Positions 25,471 to 38,784 of a DNA stretch of 64,000 nucleotides are shown here, in pieces. Location of the stretch: NCBI RefSeq assembly GCF_006345805.1, contig NC_042997.1, positions 102,424,001 through 102,488,000 on the forward strand, written 5' to 3'. Source of the DNA: Octopus sinensis (taxonomy: Eukaryota). The position numbers and the translations under genes are program-made. Position 1 is the stretch's first letter, and each line of letters starts with the position of its first letter. A model generated the notes under the pieces. It did no database searches. It saw only the letters and a program-made list of their open reading frames with translations, and was not told the DNA's origin.

Positions 25471-26595
25471 TATATATATCATCATCATCGTTTAACGTCC
25501 GCTTTCCATGCTAGCATGGGTTGGACGATTTGACTGAGGGCTGGCAAACCAGATGGCTGCACCAGGCTCCAATCTTGATCTGGCAGTTTCTACAGCTGGA
25601 TGCCCTTCCTAACGCCAACCACTCCGAGAGTGTAGTGGGTGTTTTTACATGCCACTGGCACGGAGGCCAGTCAGGCAGTACTGGCAACGACCTCGCTCAA
25701 ATGTTTTTACACGTGCCATCTGTACAAGTGCCAGTAAGGTGACGCTGGTAACAATCATTCTCAAATGGTGCCTTTTACGTGCCACTGGCACGGAAGCCAG
25801 TTAGCTGTTCTGGCAACAATCACGCTCGGATGGTGCTCTTAGCACAAGTGCCAGTAAGGCAACGCTGGTAACAACCACACTCGAATGGTGCCTTTTATGT
25901 GCCACTGGCACAGAAGCTGGTTAGCTGCTCTGTCAACAATCATGCTCGTATAGTGCTCTTTGCACCCCGCTAGCACATATATATATATATATATATAATG
26001 TTATGCCTAAAAAAACTGTTGTCCTGTGTCATAGATTCAGATTTGAATTTAAATTAATTTCTCAACATAAACTTTTCCCCCTCCTCCCACATCTGGACAC
26101 TAGCCTCCACCCTCCTGCCCCCATCTGCCACCAGCAGCTTCTTTTTGACCAACCAGACAGCTTTTGAAAATGAACCAAACTATTTGAATGGCCATGAGAA
26201 TAACACTCCAGTACACATAAATGGTTAGACAACCAATCTAAGCCCCTACACCCTTGACATAGCAGACCAAACATGAAACCCATCCAACAGCCCTTTCACC
26301 ACACAGAATATCTCAGCTAAATAGGTAAAAATAGTATGTTGAGGAGGATGAATATCAGCACTCCATTTTCGAAGGTCATAGAAAGTGCTACTAAACAAAG
26401 GCCATCCCACCAACACAATCAACTAGAAAAATGGAAACAAAGAAAAGCAACAGAAACGATCAGGGACAGAAGAGCAACAATGGCAACAAAGCCACCACAC
26501 TTACAGGAAATAGCCAGAGAACAATAGCATACAACAATGCTACTACCATCACTGGCAGTAACAACACAAGCAAAGGATAATAATACTAATAATAA

Positions 26596-29500
26596 CATGC
26601 CCTGGCTATGGCATGAAACTACATCTGGTTGTGGCATCATAACATGGGAAGAACAAGGTTACCCTTAACCACAACTACTTTTAGGTCACTGTTGGGCAAA
26701 ATGTAGTACCTGAAAGCAAGCCTCCCCCACCCCCACTGGACCTAGAAATACCATATTGGCATCTGGTGGAGTTAAGCCTGCCTCATGGAAGAAGGGGGTC
26801 CCTTTAGACTTGGTCAGCAACCCCTCTAAAGAAAGTGTCTCAAAAACAAAAATAAACACCAATGGTTGTGTCTCCTCAACACCAAAATTCTCAGGAGTGA
26901 AAATGTCAAATACAAAGGCATAAAACAATGGAGTGAATGAGACTGGCACAAAAAACAGTGTACATGAGGGTAGGTGTGGACTCTCAGAGCACTGGCTAGC
27001 AACCGACCTAGTGATGGTGTCACGATAAAAACACTGGTGATTGCACAACCTAACAAATGCTACCTCTAAATGTGCAATGTCAAAATTAAATAATAACCAC
27101 AATTGCACTAATGGGACAGGAAGTGTTAACAGTGAAGGTGTCGTACACAGCAGGCAAGGAGTATCTGATCAAGCTCTGGTAAGTCATCATCAAGCTATTG
27201 ATCAGGATCAAAACCGTAGACAAAAGTCCAAAAGGAAAAGAATGAAATGGGAAAAAGACGTAAACAAAATAGTAATAGAATGCTGGCTGAGAGGTGAGCC
27301 AAATAAAAGAGGCTTCGTGAATTGAATGAAGAGAATATGGGATGAAAAAGGAGGTTCTGAAGCATCTGCCCAGCAACTGATAGACCAAGCAAGAGCAATC
27401 TGTAGGAACGACTGGATTACAGGTGTAGACATTGAAGAAATTCAGATAAACATAAAAAAAAAAGAGCAGAAGGAGAGTGAAACAGCAGTAGCAGAAAGTG
27501 GTAATAAAGGGATGAAGAAAAAGAAAGAGGGAAATAGCAGAGAACCAGAGAATATTGATAAAGTAACTAATGAAGATAATCTATTTGGACAGGTGATAGT
27601 AAGTACTGTACAAGACTTGAACGATGAAGGGAAAGAGATTTTAGAAACGTTGCAAAGTAAAATATCAGATGGGAACAATGAAGTATCGCCAAATGTAAGA
27701 TATATGGACAGAGAAAAAGTGAGGAGAGCCACAGGCAAAGTAAACAATGTTTTAAGCTTGATTAAAACAGAAAGCATCAGAGAAACAAACCAGCTAATCA
27801 TAGCTGCTGCTAATGTTGTAGCTAACATAGTGGACTATAAGTGAAAAACTGAAGATATAAAAGGAAATGAAAAGAAGGAATCAAACTGGAGGAAGAAAAA
27901 ATGAATAAAGCTGGAAAAGAGATAGAAAGAACTGGGGCAATTGAATAGGATAATGAGGAGAGCTCAAGAATAAGGTAGTAATCAGAAAATTGAATGGACA
28001 GTACAGGTTAAAAGAAAGAGGAAAACAAACAATACATGAGGAATTGACACAAGAAGTATCAGCATTAAAGGGCAAATTGAAAAGATATGATGCTAGATGC
28101 AAAGATTTTGAACAGAATAGACTGTTCCAATCAAATAGACGTCTTCTTGAGGAAATAGAGGAAGGCCAACACCAAGAACTGATTCCAGATGCAAAAGAAA
28201 GTAAAGAATTTTGGGGAGGGCTGTGAAACAGGATATCGAGATATAAAGAAAGTGCTGAGTGGCTAACAAAGGTGGAAAGATGACTTGAAATTGTACCAAG
28301 ACAAATGGACATCAGAATTAATCTATATACAGTGTGACAGAAGTTTAAAAAATAGCAATTGGAAAGGTCCAGGTCTGGATGGAGTACATGGCTATTGGCT
28401 GAAGAACTTTACACAGTTGTATGGAAGGATTGCCGCACAACTGGATGACTACCTGCAGCAAGGTCACATTTCTGTCTAGATGACAAGTGGACGAATGCGG
28501 CTATGCATCAAGGGTCCCTATAATCTATTTACCACAAATGTGGAAGATTATGACTGATGATATAAAGGTTTATGTGGAAAATGAGAAACAGCTTGAAAGT
28601 CTTAAACATACTATCCGTATTTTCTTAAATGATGTAGGTAAGAAATTTAGGAGAGAAAAGTGCACTATTTTGAAAATGTAACAAGGAAGATTTGAAAGAA
28701 GCCAGGTAATTGAAATTCCAAATGAGCAAACAATGAGAGCAGTTGAGAAAGGACAGTGGTATAAGTACTTGGGAACACTGGAAGCTGACAAAATAAAAAA
28801 TTAAGAAATAAAACAATTTACTGGTAGGGAGTACAGAAAGAGAGTGAGAAAATTATTGCAGTTAAAGCTAGATTCAAAAAATCTTATTGGAGCAATTAAT
28901 TCATGAGCAGTACCCTTAATCAGATATGGAGTTGGAATTATGGACTGGACCAGAAACGATATAAAGAAACTTGACAGAAAACCTAGAAAGTTGATGACAA
29001 TGTATGGAGCTCACAATCTCAAAGCTGATATCAAACAGCTGTACTTGAGGAAAGACCAGGGTGGAAAAGGTTTAATAGTAGTAGAAGAATGTGTACAGAT
29101 GGAAAGAAAAACCTAGGAGAGTATTTACAGAGCAGCACAGAAAAACTACTGAAGACAGTTAATAAAGAACAGATGATCAAGTGCGTAACAGGAAAAAAAC
29201 CAAGAACGATATACAAAGAGAGTACATTAGACAGATTGAAGACAAGCCCCTACATGGCCAATTTTGGAGAGCCACTGAAGATGTATGTGGAACAAAATCC
29301 TGGGCTTCGTTAAAAATGGGGCAATTTAAAAAAGAAACAGGGAGCCTAATTGTAGCAGCTCAAGATGAAGTAATAAAAACAAACAACTTGAGAAAAAATA
29401 TATATGGAAAGAATGTGTCAGAAACATATAGAGCTTGCAGAAACAGAACGAGATAGTGGCATGCAGTGTGACAGAATGCCCTAATTTGGCACAGGAAGAA

Positions 29501-30107
29501 TATAAGAAATGGAGACATGACCAGGTTGTAAAAGTTTTACACTGGAAACTTTGCCAGAAATGGGGATTTGAAGCTGGAAACACAGTACAATCATTGGGTC
29601 AAAAGAGTACTGGAACCGGACAAATCTAAGATTCTGTGGGACTTCCTTATTCAAACAGACAAGTTAGAAAATAATAGACCGGACATAACAATTATAGATA
29701 AAGAAAAGCAAAGTTGTTTACTAATCAACCCATCAGGCCCATTTGATTCCAGCATCGAAAAGAAAGAGGATGAGAAAAAAAAAAGAATCCCATTAAAATT
29801 TGAAATAGGAAGAATTTGGAGTATGAGAACTATCAAGGTCATGCCCTTAATAATTGGTGCATTGGGAACAGTAAGCAACAATATAAACAAATGACTGAAG
29901 GGGATTGGAATAGAATGCCTGGTAGAGTTTCTACAAAAAGTTTGTCTCTTAAGAACAACAAGGATTACCAGGAAGGGTCTAAGCACTTGAAAGACTACTG
30001 AAAACTTGTGGATACCTTAGGTTACAGACAGTAAACCACTACCTACATAAATCCTCCCAGGAAAAAGACCAGTCCTGAGTCAAACCAAATTTAACAGTTT
30101 CAAATAA
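26596..30107 (+). mobile_element. R4/Dong-clade non-LTR retrotransposon (RT plus restriction-like endonuclease), degenerate
   Basis: N-terminal KWEKDVNKIVIECW...QLIDQARAI, RT pieces (GPGLDGVHGYWLK, DDIKVY, YKYLG), RHDQV..LHW.LC and KILWDF.IQTD...RPDITIID. Boundaries are approximate. Confidence 0.85.
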
Positions 30108-30109
30108 TA

Positions 30110-30971
30110 CAAGATGTCCCAAAAGTCACTGATGGGTTTCAATTTTTGATAACTTCCTTAACTTTACAAATAAATGCATGAAATTTTAATACAATATAAA
30201 GAACATTATAGAAATTAATTATTTAACCTTTTCCCTCTCTTTTCAGATTTTATGTGCTCATGGATCTGAGAAATTCATTATGGAAAAATACTGCACTCAA
30301 CAACGCAACCAAGTGGTAGAATTCTTCTATCAAAATCAGGGATCGATAATTCAGACCAAGGGAGCATACTGTCAACACTTCCGAGTGAGAGATGCACCAA
30401 GTGAGAATGCAATTAAAAACTTAGTCCTTCTTTCTTTGAGGACGATGACAGAAATGCTGTTACAGTGACTAGAGAACAGTACAGAACCATGATTGAGACC
30501 TCACACATGGTTCCAGCAAGATGAGGCAACTGCAAATGCTACGGTAGTGCTTTGAAAAGAGAATAATCTCCCCTTACAACAAAGTCAACTGGCCTTTATG
30601 TTCCCCAGACTTGACTAGTCCGGATTTTTTCTTGTGGGGATACCTGAAAGAGAAGGTTTACATCAACAAACCAGAGACTCTGGTGTAACTGAAGAAGAAC
30701 ATCAATAGAGAAATCAGAAAAGTGGGGTCTGAAACTCTTGATGTTGTTATGGTGCAAGTTTTGGAAAGAGCATGGGCATGCAAAGCCAAAAATGTCTGCC
30801 ATTTAAGCGATGCCATTTTTTATATGTGATGTAGTGAGGTTGCAAAATTTGACTTGTGCATATTAATTTCCATTATGTCCTTAATATTGTATCAAAATTT
30901 CATGCATTTATTTGTAAAGTTAAGGAAGTTATTAAAAACTGAAACCCATTAGTGATTTTTGGGACACCCTG
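30110..30971 (+). mobile_element. Internally deleted Tc1/mariner element (rosa/DD41D-like)
   Basis: About 85-bp TIRs flanked by TA. N-terminus MEKYCTQQRNQVVEFFY, C-terminus WPLCSPDLTSPDFFLWGYLKEKVY. The subfamily is inferred. Confidence 0.85.
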
Positions 30972-31910
30972 TACAGGACAACCCAAAACAATCCACAAAC
31001 ACTCTATACAGTAAATATTCAATAAAATAAACAACCCCCTACAACAGGTACTCTACAGCAGTTCTATATTTAAGAGATGAGGAATTGTGTACATTATTTA
31101 CATTCGACGGACAAACAAGATGAGGATAAATATCCATCAAATGTAAATAAGGTGCTCTACAGGTTGGATATCCAACAGAACGCAACTCACATTATGCAAA
31201 CACAAACACTAATACAACAAAAAATTCAAGATAAACCCCATAACAAAACAAACCGATGCAATACGTGAAGTTTGTACTCCTCCAGCACCAACAAAAAGAA
31301 GAACATACAATGCTGCACACACCTCAGCAACACAGAGGTGTAGCAAGAGATGTAGCAGAAATTTGCCTGAAACCATCAGTGGCTCTCATGGCTTCTGATC
31401 TTAACTGATTGAAAGTGTTAATATGCACATACTTTGTCTTGGTGTAAAAGATGGGCTACAGTAAATATTCTGCTCAATACTATAGATTTACTTGCCAGTT
31501 GCTTGACCTTAACCAGTTGAACAGATCCCTTAGTGGCTGACAACATGTGCATCTCTGATCATGAGCAGAAGTAGTGAGAGAGCATCATAATCATGTGTTG
31601 AGAGGTATTCTTTGACGTTTGAATAATTCCCCTCTGGAAACCCGTTTCGTTCATCATTTGTAAAGAACCCTTATTCATGGACCTTTTGAGTGGGATGGGC
31701 TACTTGACCTCAAGAACATTCTAACTGGGCCCCACCTATAATGTCATGCACTGTTTATCTTGATATGAGGTCACCATGTTGCACATATATAGTTGTGATG
31801 AATATGCCTTATGTTCTCTTATCAATTGAATAGGCATGATGGATATATTGAACTTTATATATTAGTACCCGATGAATAATAATAATTAATCAGAAGTAAA
31901 ATATACATAC

Positions 31911-32021
31911 CTGACTGAAGCAGTGAATCGTAAAAGATCATGTATTGTATAACTTGCTGACACACCAAGCATACAGATCATTTCACTGCGTGGAAGATCT
32001 TCCTTCAATAATACCATTTGA
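31911..32021 (-). CDS. BRAP: BRAP coding exon 4 (QMVLLKEDLPRSEMICMLGVSASYTIHDLLRFTASV)
   Basis: BRAP2 (RRM-like) domain start. Acceptor TTTGTAG, donor AG|GTATGT, 111 bp, phase 2-2. Confidence 0.93.
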
Positions 32022-33664
32022 CTACAAATAAAAAATCATATTTAAATTGTAAAGAAACAAAAACAATTTAAAATTACAGAGTCCTTATAATCATTCATAA
32101 CAATACTTAATTTCAATTCAGAAAATTGAAAAACAAGAATCCTCAGACTTTGTAATCATCATAAAAACAACCTCTCAAGCTGTGTGACTGAGAAGCTAGC
32201 TTTGCAAACCATGAGGTTTCAGGTTCAATCCTACTGCACAGCAACCCAAGCAAGAGTATTCTACTATAGCCTGTTATGAGTTAATTTGGTAGGCAGAAAC
32301 TGTGTGGAAGCCTGTCATACATGTTATGTCTTTGTACCTGTGTTTGTCTCTCTACCTTCTTCTTGACAAGTGGTGTTGGTTTATTTACATCCCTGCAACT
32401 TAGTAGTTTGGGAAAAGACACAGACAGAATGAGTAGCAGTGTTGTTGGATGCGACAGCAAGTGGGTCATTGCTGAATAAGAGGAAGAGTGAGATTCAAAA
32501 CGAAATCCTCGGGAATATTAGAGATGATTGAGAGCAGGGTAGAAAGAGCTCAGTCAACATATGCACTGATGTTGCAAACAGATAAGAAGCTACCATTCCA
32601 AGAGATGAGAGAAGGTGGAGACTGTAGATGGAAAGTGTTGACAGGAGACCTGCACACCAGGCACAACTGACGGTTTTTCTGATATCCAGGGCAACAACAC
32701 AGCTTTTACTGAACTTCTCTAGAGTGAGTGCTTACTGGTGGGTGACGTAACAGAATAGGTTACTATTAGATTTAGTGGTACTGGCAGTAATTGAAAAGGA
32801 AACAAAACTTAAATTATTTTAACAGATTTGCTGTACAGAATATTAAAACAAAAAAAAAACAATAAATAAATGAAGTGACTTATAGAATGACAAAAATGTT
32901 ATTAAATTGTAGTACAACAGACTTTTTTGTTGCTAACTAGATACTTCCATGAGGATAAAAGAAATTCACATATACACATGCATATGTGTATATGACTGTG
33001 TGGTTTGAAGTTCACTTTGCAACCATGTGGTTTCATGTTCAGTCCCACTGCATGGTATCTTAGGCAAATATTTTCTACTATAGTCTGGGTCAACCAGTAC
33101 CTTACAAGTGAATTTGATAGACAGAATCTTCATGGAAGTTTATCGTGTATATAAACATAAATCATCATTATCATCATTTAATGACCATTGTCCATGCTGG
33201 CATGGGTTGGACAGTTTGACCAGGGCTGGTAAGCTACAGGCTGCACCAGACTCCAGTCTGATTTGGCATGGTCTCTACAGCTGGATGCCCTTACTAACAC
33301 CAACCACTTCAAGAGTGTAATGAGTGCTTTTGCATGCCACCGGCATGGGGTACCAGTTGCATGATATCAGCATCTGCCAGGACTACAATTTCACTTGGCT
33401 TGATGGGTCTTCTATCTCAAGCACAGCATGTTGCCAAAGGTCTCAACCATTTATCATTGCCTCTGAGAGGCCCAATGCTTGAATAGTGCTTTTTACGTGC
33501 CACCGGTATGGTTATGTGAGATTGACAACAGCTACAACTATGGTTTCACTTGGGTGCATTTTATGTGCCACTGGCATGAGTGCACTTACACAGTACTGGC
33601 ACAAGTGCATTTTATGTGGCGCCAGCACCTGTAAAAGATAAGCCTGTATGTATGGGTGAGTGGA

Positions 33665-33697
<33 letters not shown>

Positions 33698-33917
33698 CCC
33701 GCGCATATGTGTCTTTGTCCTACACCATTGCTTGACAACTGGTGTTGGTTTGCTTATGTTCTTGTAATCTAGCAGTTTGGTAAAAGAGAGCAGAAGAATA
33801 AATACCAAACTCAAAAAAAAAAAAAGCACTGGGGTTGATTCTTTCAGATAACACCTTCAAGGCTATGCTCCAACTGACTGAAACAAATGAAAGATAAAAA
33901 ATACTTTTTCAACTTAC

Positions 33918-34260
33918 TTATCTTTATATATATGTAAAATTCCTTTGGTCACTTCAACCATTGGGTTTCCAGAGAAAAAATGAATAGAAGAACTGTTAGG
34001 ATTCTTATGTCTAGTGGTGAAATTATTTGAATTATAATGCATAGTTTCTCCACTACTACATGAAGGATCCCGACAATTAGAAGCTACTTTGCTACTCTCT
34101 TGGGAGCTGCTTTTTTCAGAATGTTCATCATCATCATCATCATCACCAGGAAGTTTTTTCCCATAACTTATCACATTAGCTTCATGGGTCTTTTTGGAGT
34201 TTTTAAAATGTGAGGTATCTGAGGTTTTCTTTGATGTATCACGTTCGGTTTTAGAATTCT
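33918..34260 (-). CDS. BRAP: BRAP coding exon 3 (...GDDDDDDE...IHFFSGNPMVEVTKGILHIYKD)
   Basis: Conserved FFSGNP.VE...GI.H.YK motif. Acceptor TTCACAG, donor AA|GTAAGT, 343 bp, phase 1-2. Confidence 0.93.
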
Positions 34261-35129
34261 CTGTGAATTATTGAAAAATAAAAGAAATGTAATGCATGAT
34301 AATCTTATATTTTACAGGAAAATCAAATAATAAAAAAAATCATTATCATTTAAAGTCCACTTTTCTCTACTTGCAAGAGTCAGACTGAATTTGTTGAGGC
34401 AAGCTTTCTACAGCCTGATGCCTTTTCTGTTGCTAACACTCACCTGTTTCCAAATGAGGTAACATTTTTCCATGGCCAGAGAGGGCTAGGAGGAAACAGA
34501 AGAGGAAGGAGAGGAGTAAGGAGAGATTAGGCAGCAGCATTGTTTGTTGATGCAGATTTCTAAGTCTAGACATATTCCCATGAAAGATCGAGACTAATGA
34601 CACTGTTTGAATGACACTTATTTACATCCCTTGCAAAATGTCAAAACAATCATGTACACACACACACACACAAAACTACATTCGTGTGTGTGTTTAAGCG
34701 TGTAGGAGCTTAGTCAATTTAATTTTAATAGCTGCAGAAGGTTGAATGCACAACTCCAACAGGATCCGAACACAGGATGTAAAGAGATATGCCTAAGTTC
34801 TCATATTTCAGAAAGACCACCATCTTAATAATGAAATTGGAGCATAGCCACCCACAGACAATCAAATCATGACACTTCAAAATTTCAACATCTCTCTTTC
34901 TCTCTTTCAGACAAATATCCTCTTCAAATATTCCACCACAGGGAATAAATAAATAAAATGGATGATCAGATGCTCACTTTTGCCAAATTACAACACACTC
35001 ACCTTTCATAAAAACTGTTTGAGGACAGAATACCCCCCTCCTAAAATCCTTTTTACTTCCAGAAATGAGGATTGAGATTTTAATAACAATAATTGTTTCT
35101 AGTAAAGGCACAAAAACAAGAAATGTAAT

Positions 35130-36080
35130 GGCAGGGAGCCAATGAATTATGTTAACCCCAGTACTTGACTAGAACATTATTTTATTGATATTCTAAGGAT
35201 GAAAAGCAAAGTTAACTTTCATAGGATTGGAACTCAGAATGTAAACAACCAGAGTACTACAAGGCATTTTCATTCCACTCATGCGCTAGTAATTTTGCTA
35301 ATCCTAAATAATAATAGAAATAATTGTTTCTAACATAGGTACAGGGCCTGAACTTTTGGATGAGAAGTTACTTGATAATATTAGTTTTAAATTTTGGCAC
35401 ATGGCCAGCTATTTTAGGAGAGGAGTAAATTTTATTAAATTGACCCCAGTGTTCAACTGGTACTTATTTTATTGACTCCCAAAAACTGAAAGGCAAAGTA
35501 AATCTTGGTGAAATCTGAACTCAGAACTTAAAGATGGACGAAATGCCACTAAGCATTTAGTTTGGTGTGCTAACAATTCTGCCAGCTAAGGGCCTTTCAA
35601 ATATGGGTTTCAAATTCTGTCACAAAGTCAGTAGTTTGGGAGGAGGAGCTAAGTCAATTAAATCAACCCCAGTGCTCGACTGGTATTTTCCTCAAAAAGA
35701 TGAAAGGCGAAGTCAACTCCAGCAGAATTTGAACTCAAAATGTAAAGATGAACAAAATGCCAGTAAGCATGCCGACATAGAAAATCTGCCAAAATGAATT
35801 CTGTTTGACCTACATATGGCAAAGTGCACATTAAAATGACAACAATGTTGGTGGTGATAATGACAACAATTATCAACAAAATTATTAGGGTGTGAGAAAA
35901 AAATGTCCAGCATGCTAATGATTTTGCCAACTCACTGCTTTACGGTTACTTGATAATATTGATCCTAATACATGATTTGGTATTTTATTTTATCAATCTT
36001 GGAAGGAAGAAAGGCAAAACTAATGTTGGTGAGAAGTTAGAACAAATACTGCAAGGCATTTTTTTCTGACACTGTAACAG
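35130..36080 (-). repeat. Cluster of decayed Nin/Deu-domain-like SINE copies in one orientation
   Basis: Repeated reverse complement of GACTTTGCCTTTCATCCTTT..GGG.TC.ATAAAATAAGTACCAG, about 4-5 times. The family also occurs near 21.9, 37.7, 41.8, 48.4 and 55.9 kb. Confidence 0.65.
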
Positions 36081-36513
36081 CTTTGTTGATAATTGTTGTT
36101 GTCATCATCACCACCAACATAGGTCAAATGGAATTCATTGTGGCACATTTTCTATGTCAGATGCCATTTCTGTTACCAACCCTCACTTGTTTCAAAACAA
36201 AATAGTATTTCCTTGTTTTCATGGAAGGTTGGAAACAAATGGCACCACCTATATGATAGTGACACTATTTACAACTATCAGGCATAAATGCACACACGAC
36301 AGGCTTATTTCCATTTCCATATACCAAATCTACTCACAAAGCTTTAGTCAGCCCAGGACATAATAAAAGACACTTGCCCATGATGCCATGCAGTGGGACT
36401 GAATCAGAAACCATATAGTTGGGAAGCAAACTGCTTAACCACACAGCCATGCCAGTATCTTAATAATACTGTGCTTAATAATAACAGTGATAGTAAAACA
36501 ATTTAATCCTTAC

Positions 36514-36690
36514 CTTCATTGCTATAAGTTTCAATAGAAATTTCACTATCAGCTCGACAACCACGAGTTTTATCAATTATCTCTTTTTCAGAACCAGACA
36601 ATTCATGCTTGGTACCAATTGAAAGAGCAGCAGCAAAAGTAATATGACTTTTAGTCCCTTCTTTTTCTACAGGCATTTTGTAATATGGTG
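36514..36690 (-). CDS. BRAP: BRAP coding exon 2 (APYYKMPVEK...IIDKTRGCRADSEISIETYSNE)
   Basis: Acceptor TTTGTATTTCAG, donor G|GTAAGG, 177 bp, phase 1-1, open frame. Resembles BRAP IIHQHLGRREMTDVIIET. Confidence 0.85.
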
Positions 36691-37377
36691 CTGAAATACA
36701 AAGGAAAAAAGAAGTTCCATGGATAAATTTGTATGAATTTTAATGTGTGTGTGTGTGTGTGTATACATACACATACATAAATACGCATGTATATACACAT
36801 ATACATAATGTCATCATCAGTTTAAATGTCTACTTTTCCATACTTACATGGATCAGATGGAATTTTTCGTTGGGCAGATTTTCTACAGTTAGATGCCCGT
36901 CCTGTTGCCAATCTGCACCTGTTTCCAGGCAAGGTAATATTTCCACAAGACCAGTCAAGGAAGACAAGAAATGAAGGACACCACTTGCATGATAGTAACA
37001 CTCATTTACTAACACATATGTCAAAGCAAAGAGGCAGTAATACATGCACATATGCATGCATACATACATTACATTTATATATATATATATAATGGCTTGC
37101 TTCAGTTTCCATCAACTAAATCTACTCACAAGGCTTTGGTCAGTCGGGGTACGTAAAGGCACTGGCCCACAGTGCCATGCATTGGGACTGAACCTAAAAC
37201 CATGTGGTTTGGAAGCTAGCTTGTTAACACACAGCTATACCCATTTATATAAATATATTGGCATTAGAAAACCATGCGAAAGTAGACAGAGTTTGGTGCA
37301 GTTTTCTGACTTGCCAATTCCTGTGGAATCATCCAACCTGTGCCGGCATGGAAAATGGATATTAAATGATGGTGATG

Positions 37378-37408
<31 letters not shown>

Positions 37409-38784
37409 TCTTTATTACTTACATTATCCTGAAATTGTCCAACAGTCACATTCAAAATAGTTCTTTCTTAATAAAATTAGTGATCTTCTGAATAATAAGG
37501 CTTTTAAAACTGCCTGCCCCAAAGCCATGTCATCTGTCATTTAATTGTTCTGTTATTCATACATCAAAATTAAAATAGCAATAATAATATCTGATTCTTG
37601 GACATAATGCCATTCATGCAGGATGAATTGATTATTATTATTGAGGGTGACAAGCTGGCAGAATCATTAGCATGCCAAACAAAATGCTCAGTGACATTCC
37701 ATCTGGTTTATTGTTCAGAGTCTAAATTCTGTTGCGATTGACTTAGTTTTTTATCCTTTCAGAATTGATAAAATAAGTACCAGTTTAGCACTGGAGTTGA
37801 TGTAACTGACTACCCTACCTGCCTGCAAATTTTCTTCCAGCTTACAAAAAAAGAGTGCAAATAAAAGAAAAAGGATTTGAGGAGTTGTCTACCAAAACTT
37901 CTGTTAAAGACATAAGCAAGTGTCTGCAAAACATTGAGTGAAAGATCCTGTGGTATGTGGGAAAGTTCCAAAACACTAGAACAGAAATTTTAGGAGAAGC
38001 CTTTAAAGGATCCCCATCTTTTTAGCAAAAGATGGAGATCCTTCTCCAAGATCAAGAAATGACTTCCTTAACTTCTTTCCATCAACTAACATGACTATAC
38101 ACAGACTAGGTTCTGTAAATGAAAATGGACCAATGTCAGCTTAGAATCAATTTCACTCTTTCAATAACCTCAGGTCATGAGACATATTCTGGTAGCCATC
38201 AGCAAAACTGGTCAAGCCAGGATTGAATGGTAAGTAGGATAATGATTTAAAATTTTTTTCTGAAACTGAACATGGCTAGGGTGACTTGCTATGAGAAATG
38301 ATGAGAAAGCAGTGACTAGCAGTTCATTTTTTTACAAACTTTCAAAAACCTCCCCCACCAACTAATATTTCTATTTTCAAATGTGTCATGCTTACCTTAG
38401 TCAAACTCACATTACGTTTGGCATTAGTGCTTCATTCTATTCTATTAGATTTAAAGGATTTTATGACAGAAGTTACTTCCTGGTCAAATGCCAATAACGA
38501 TTTATACAGTTGTAAAAGTTGTTTCACATCTTGAGTAGTATTATTTGTTGTTGAGATAATCCATGAATGCATTATTCTTTCTATTACAGATATTAAAATA
38601 TATTGCTTTTAGCTCATTGCTCAGGAACTAGAGAATGTATGGAAAAAATTTGATTTTACCATGTATAACATTAAAGTCTATGGTAAGAAATGTAAACACT
38701 CTGTTGACAAGGTATGAATACCTATTTGAAACGTCTGAAACCAGGTCAAAATTTTGAAGATTTGTTTGACATTACTAATCAACA

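Noticed and set aside
37841-38229. Plus-strand exon-like segment with acceptor and donor
   Set aside because: In-frame stops, no homology and no partner exons.
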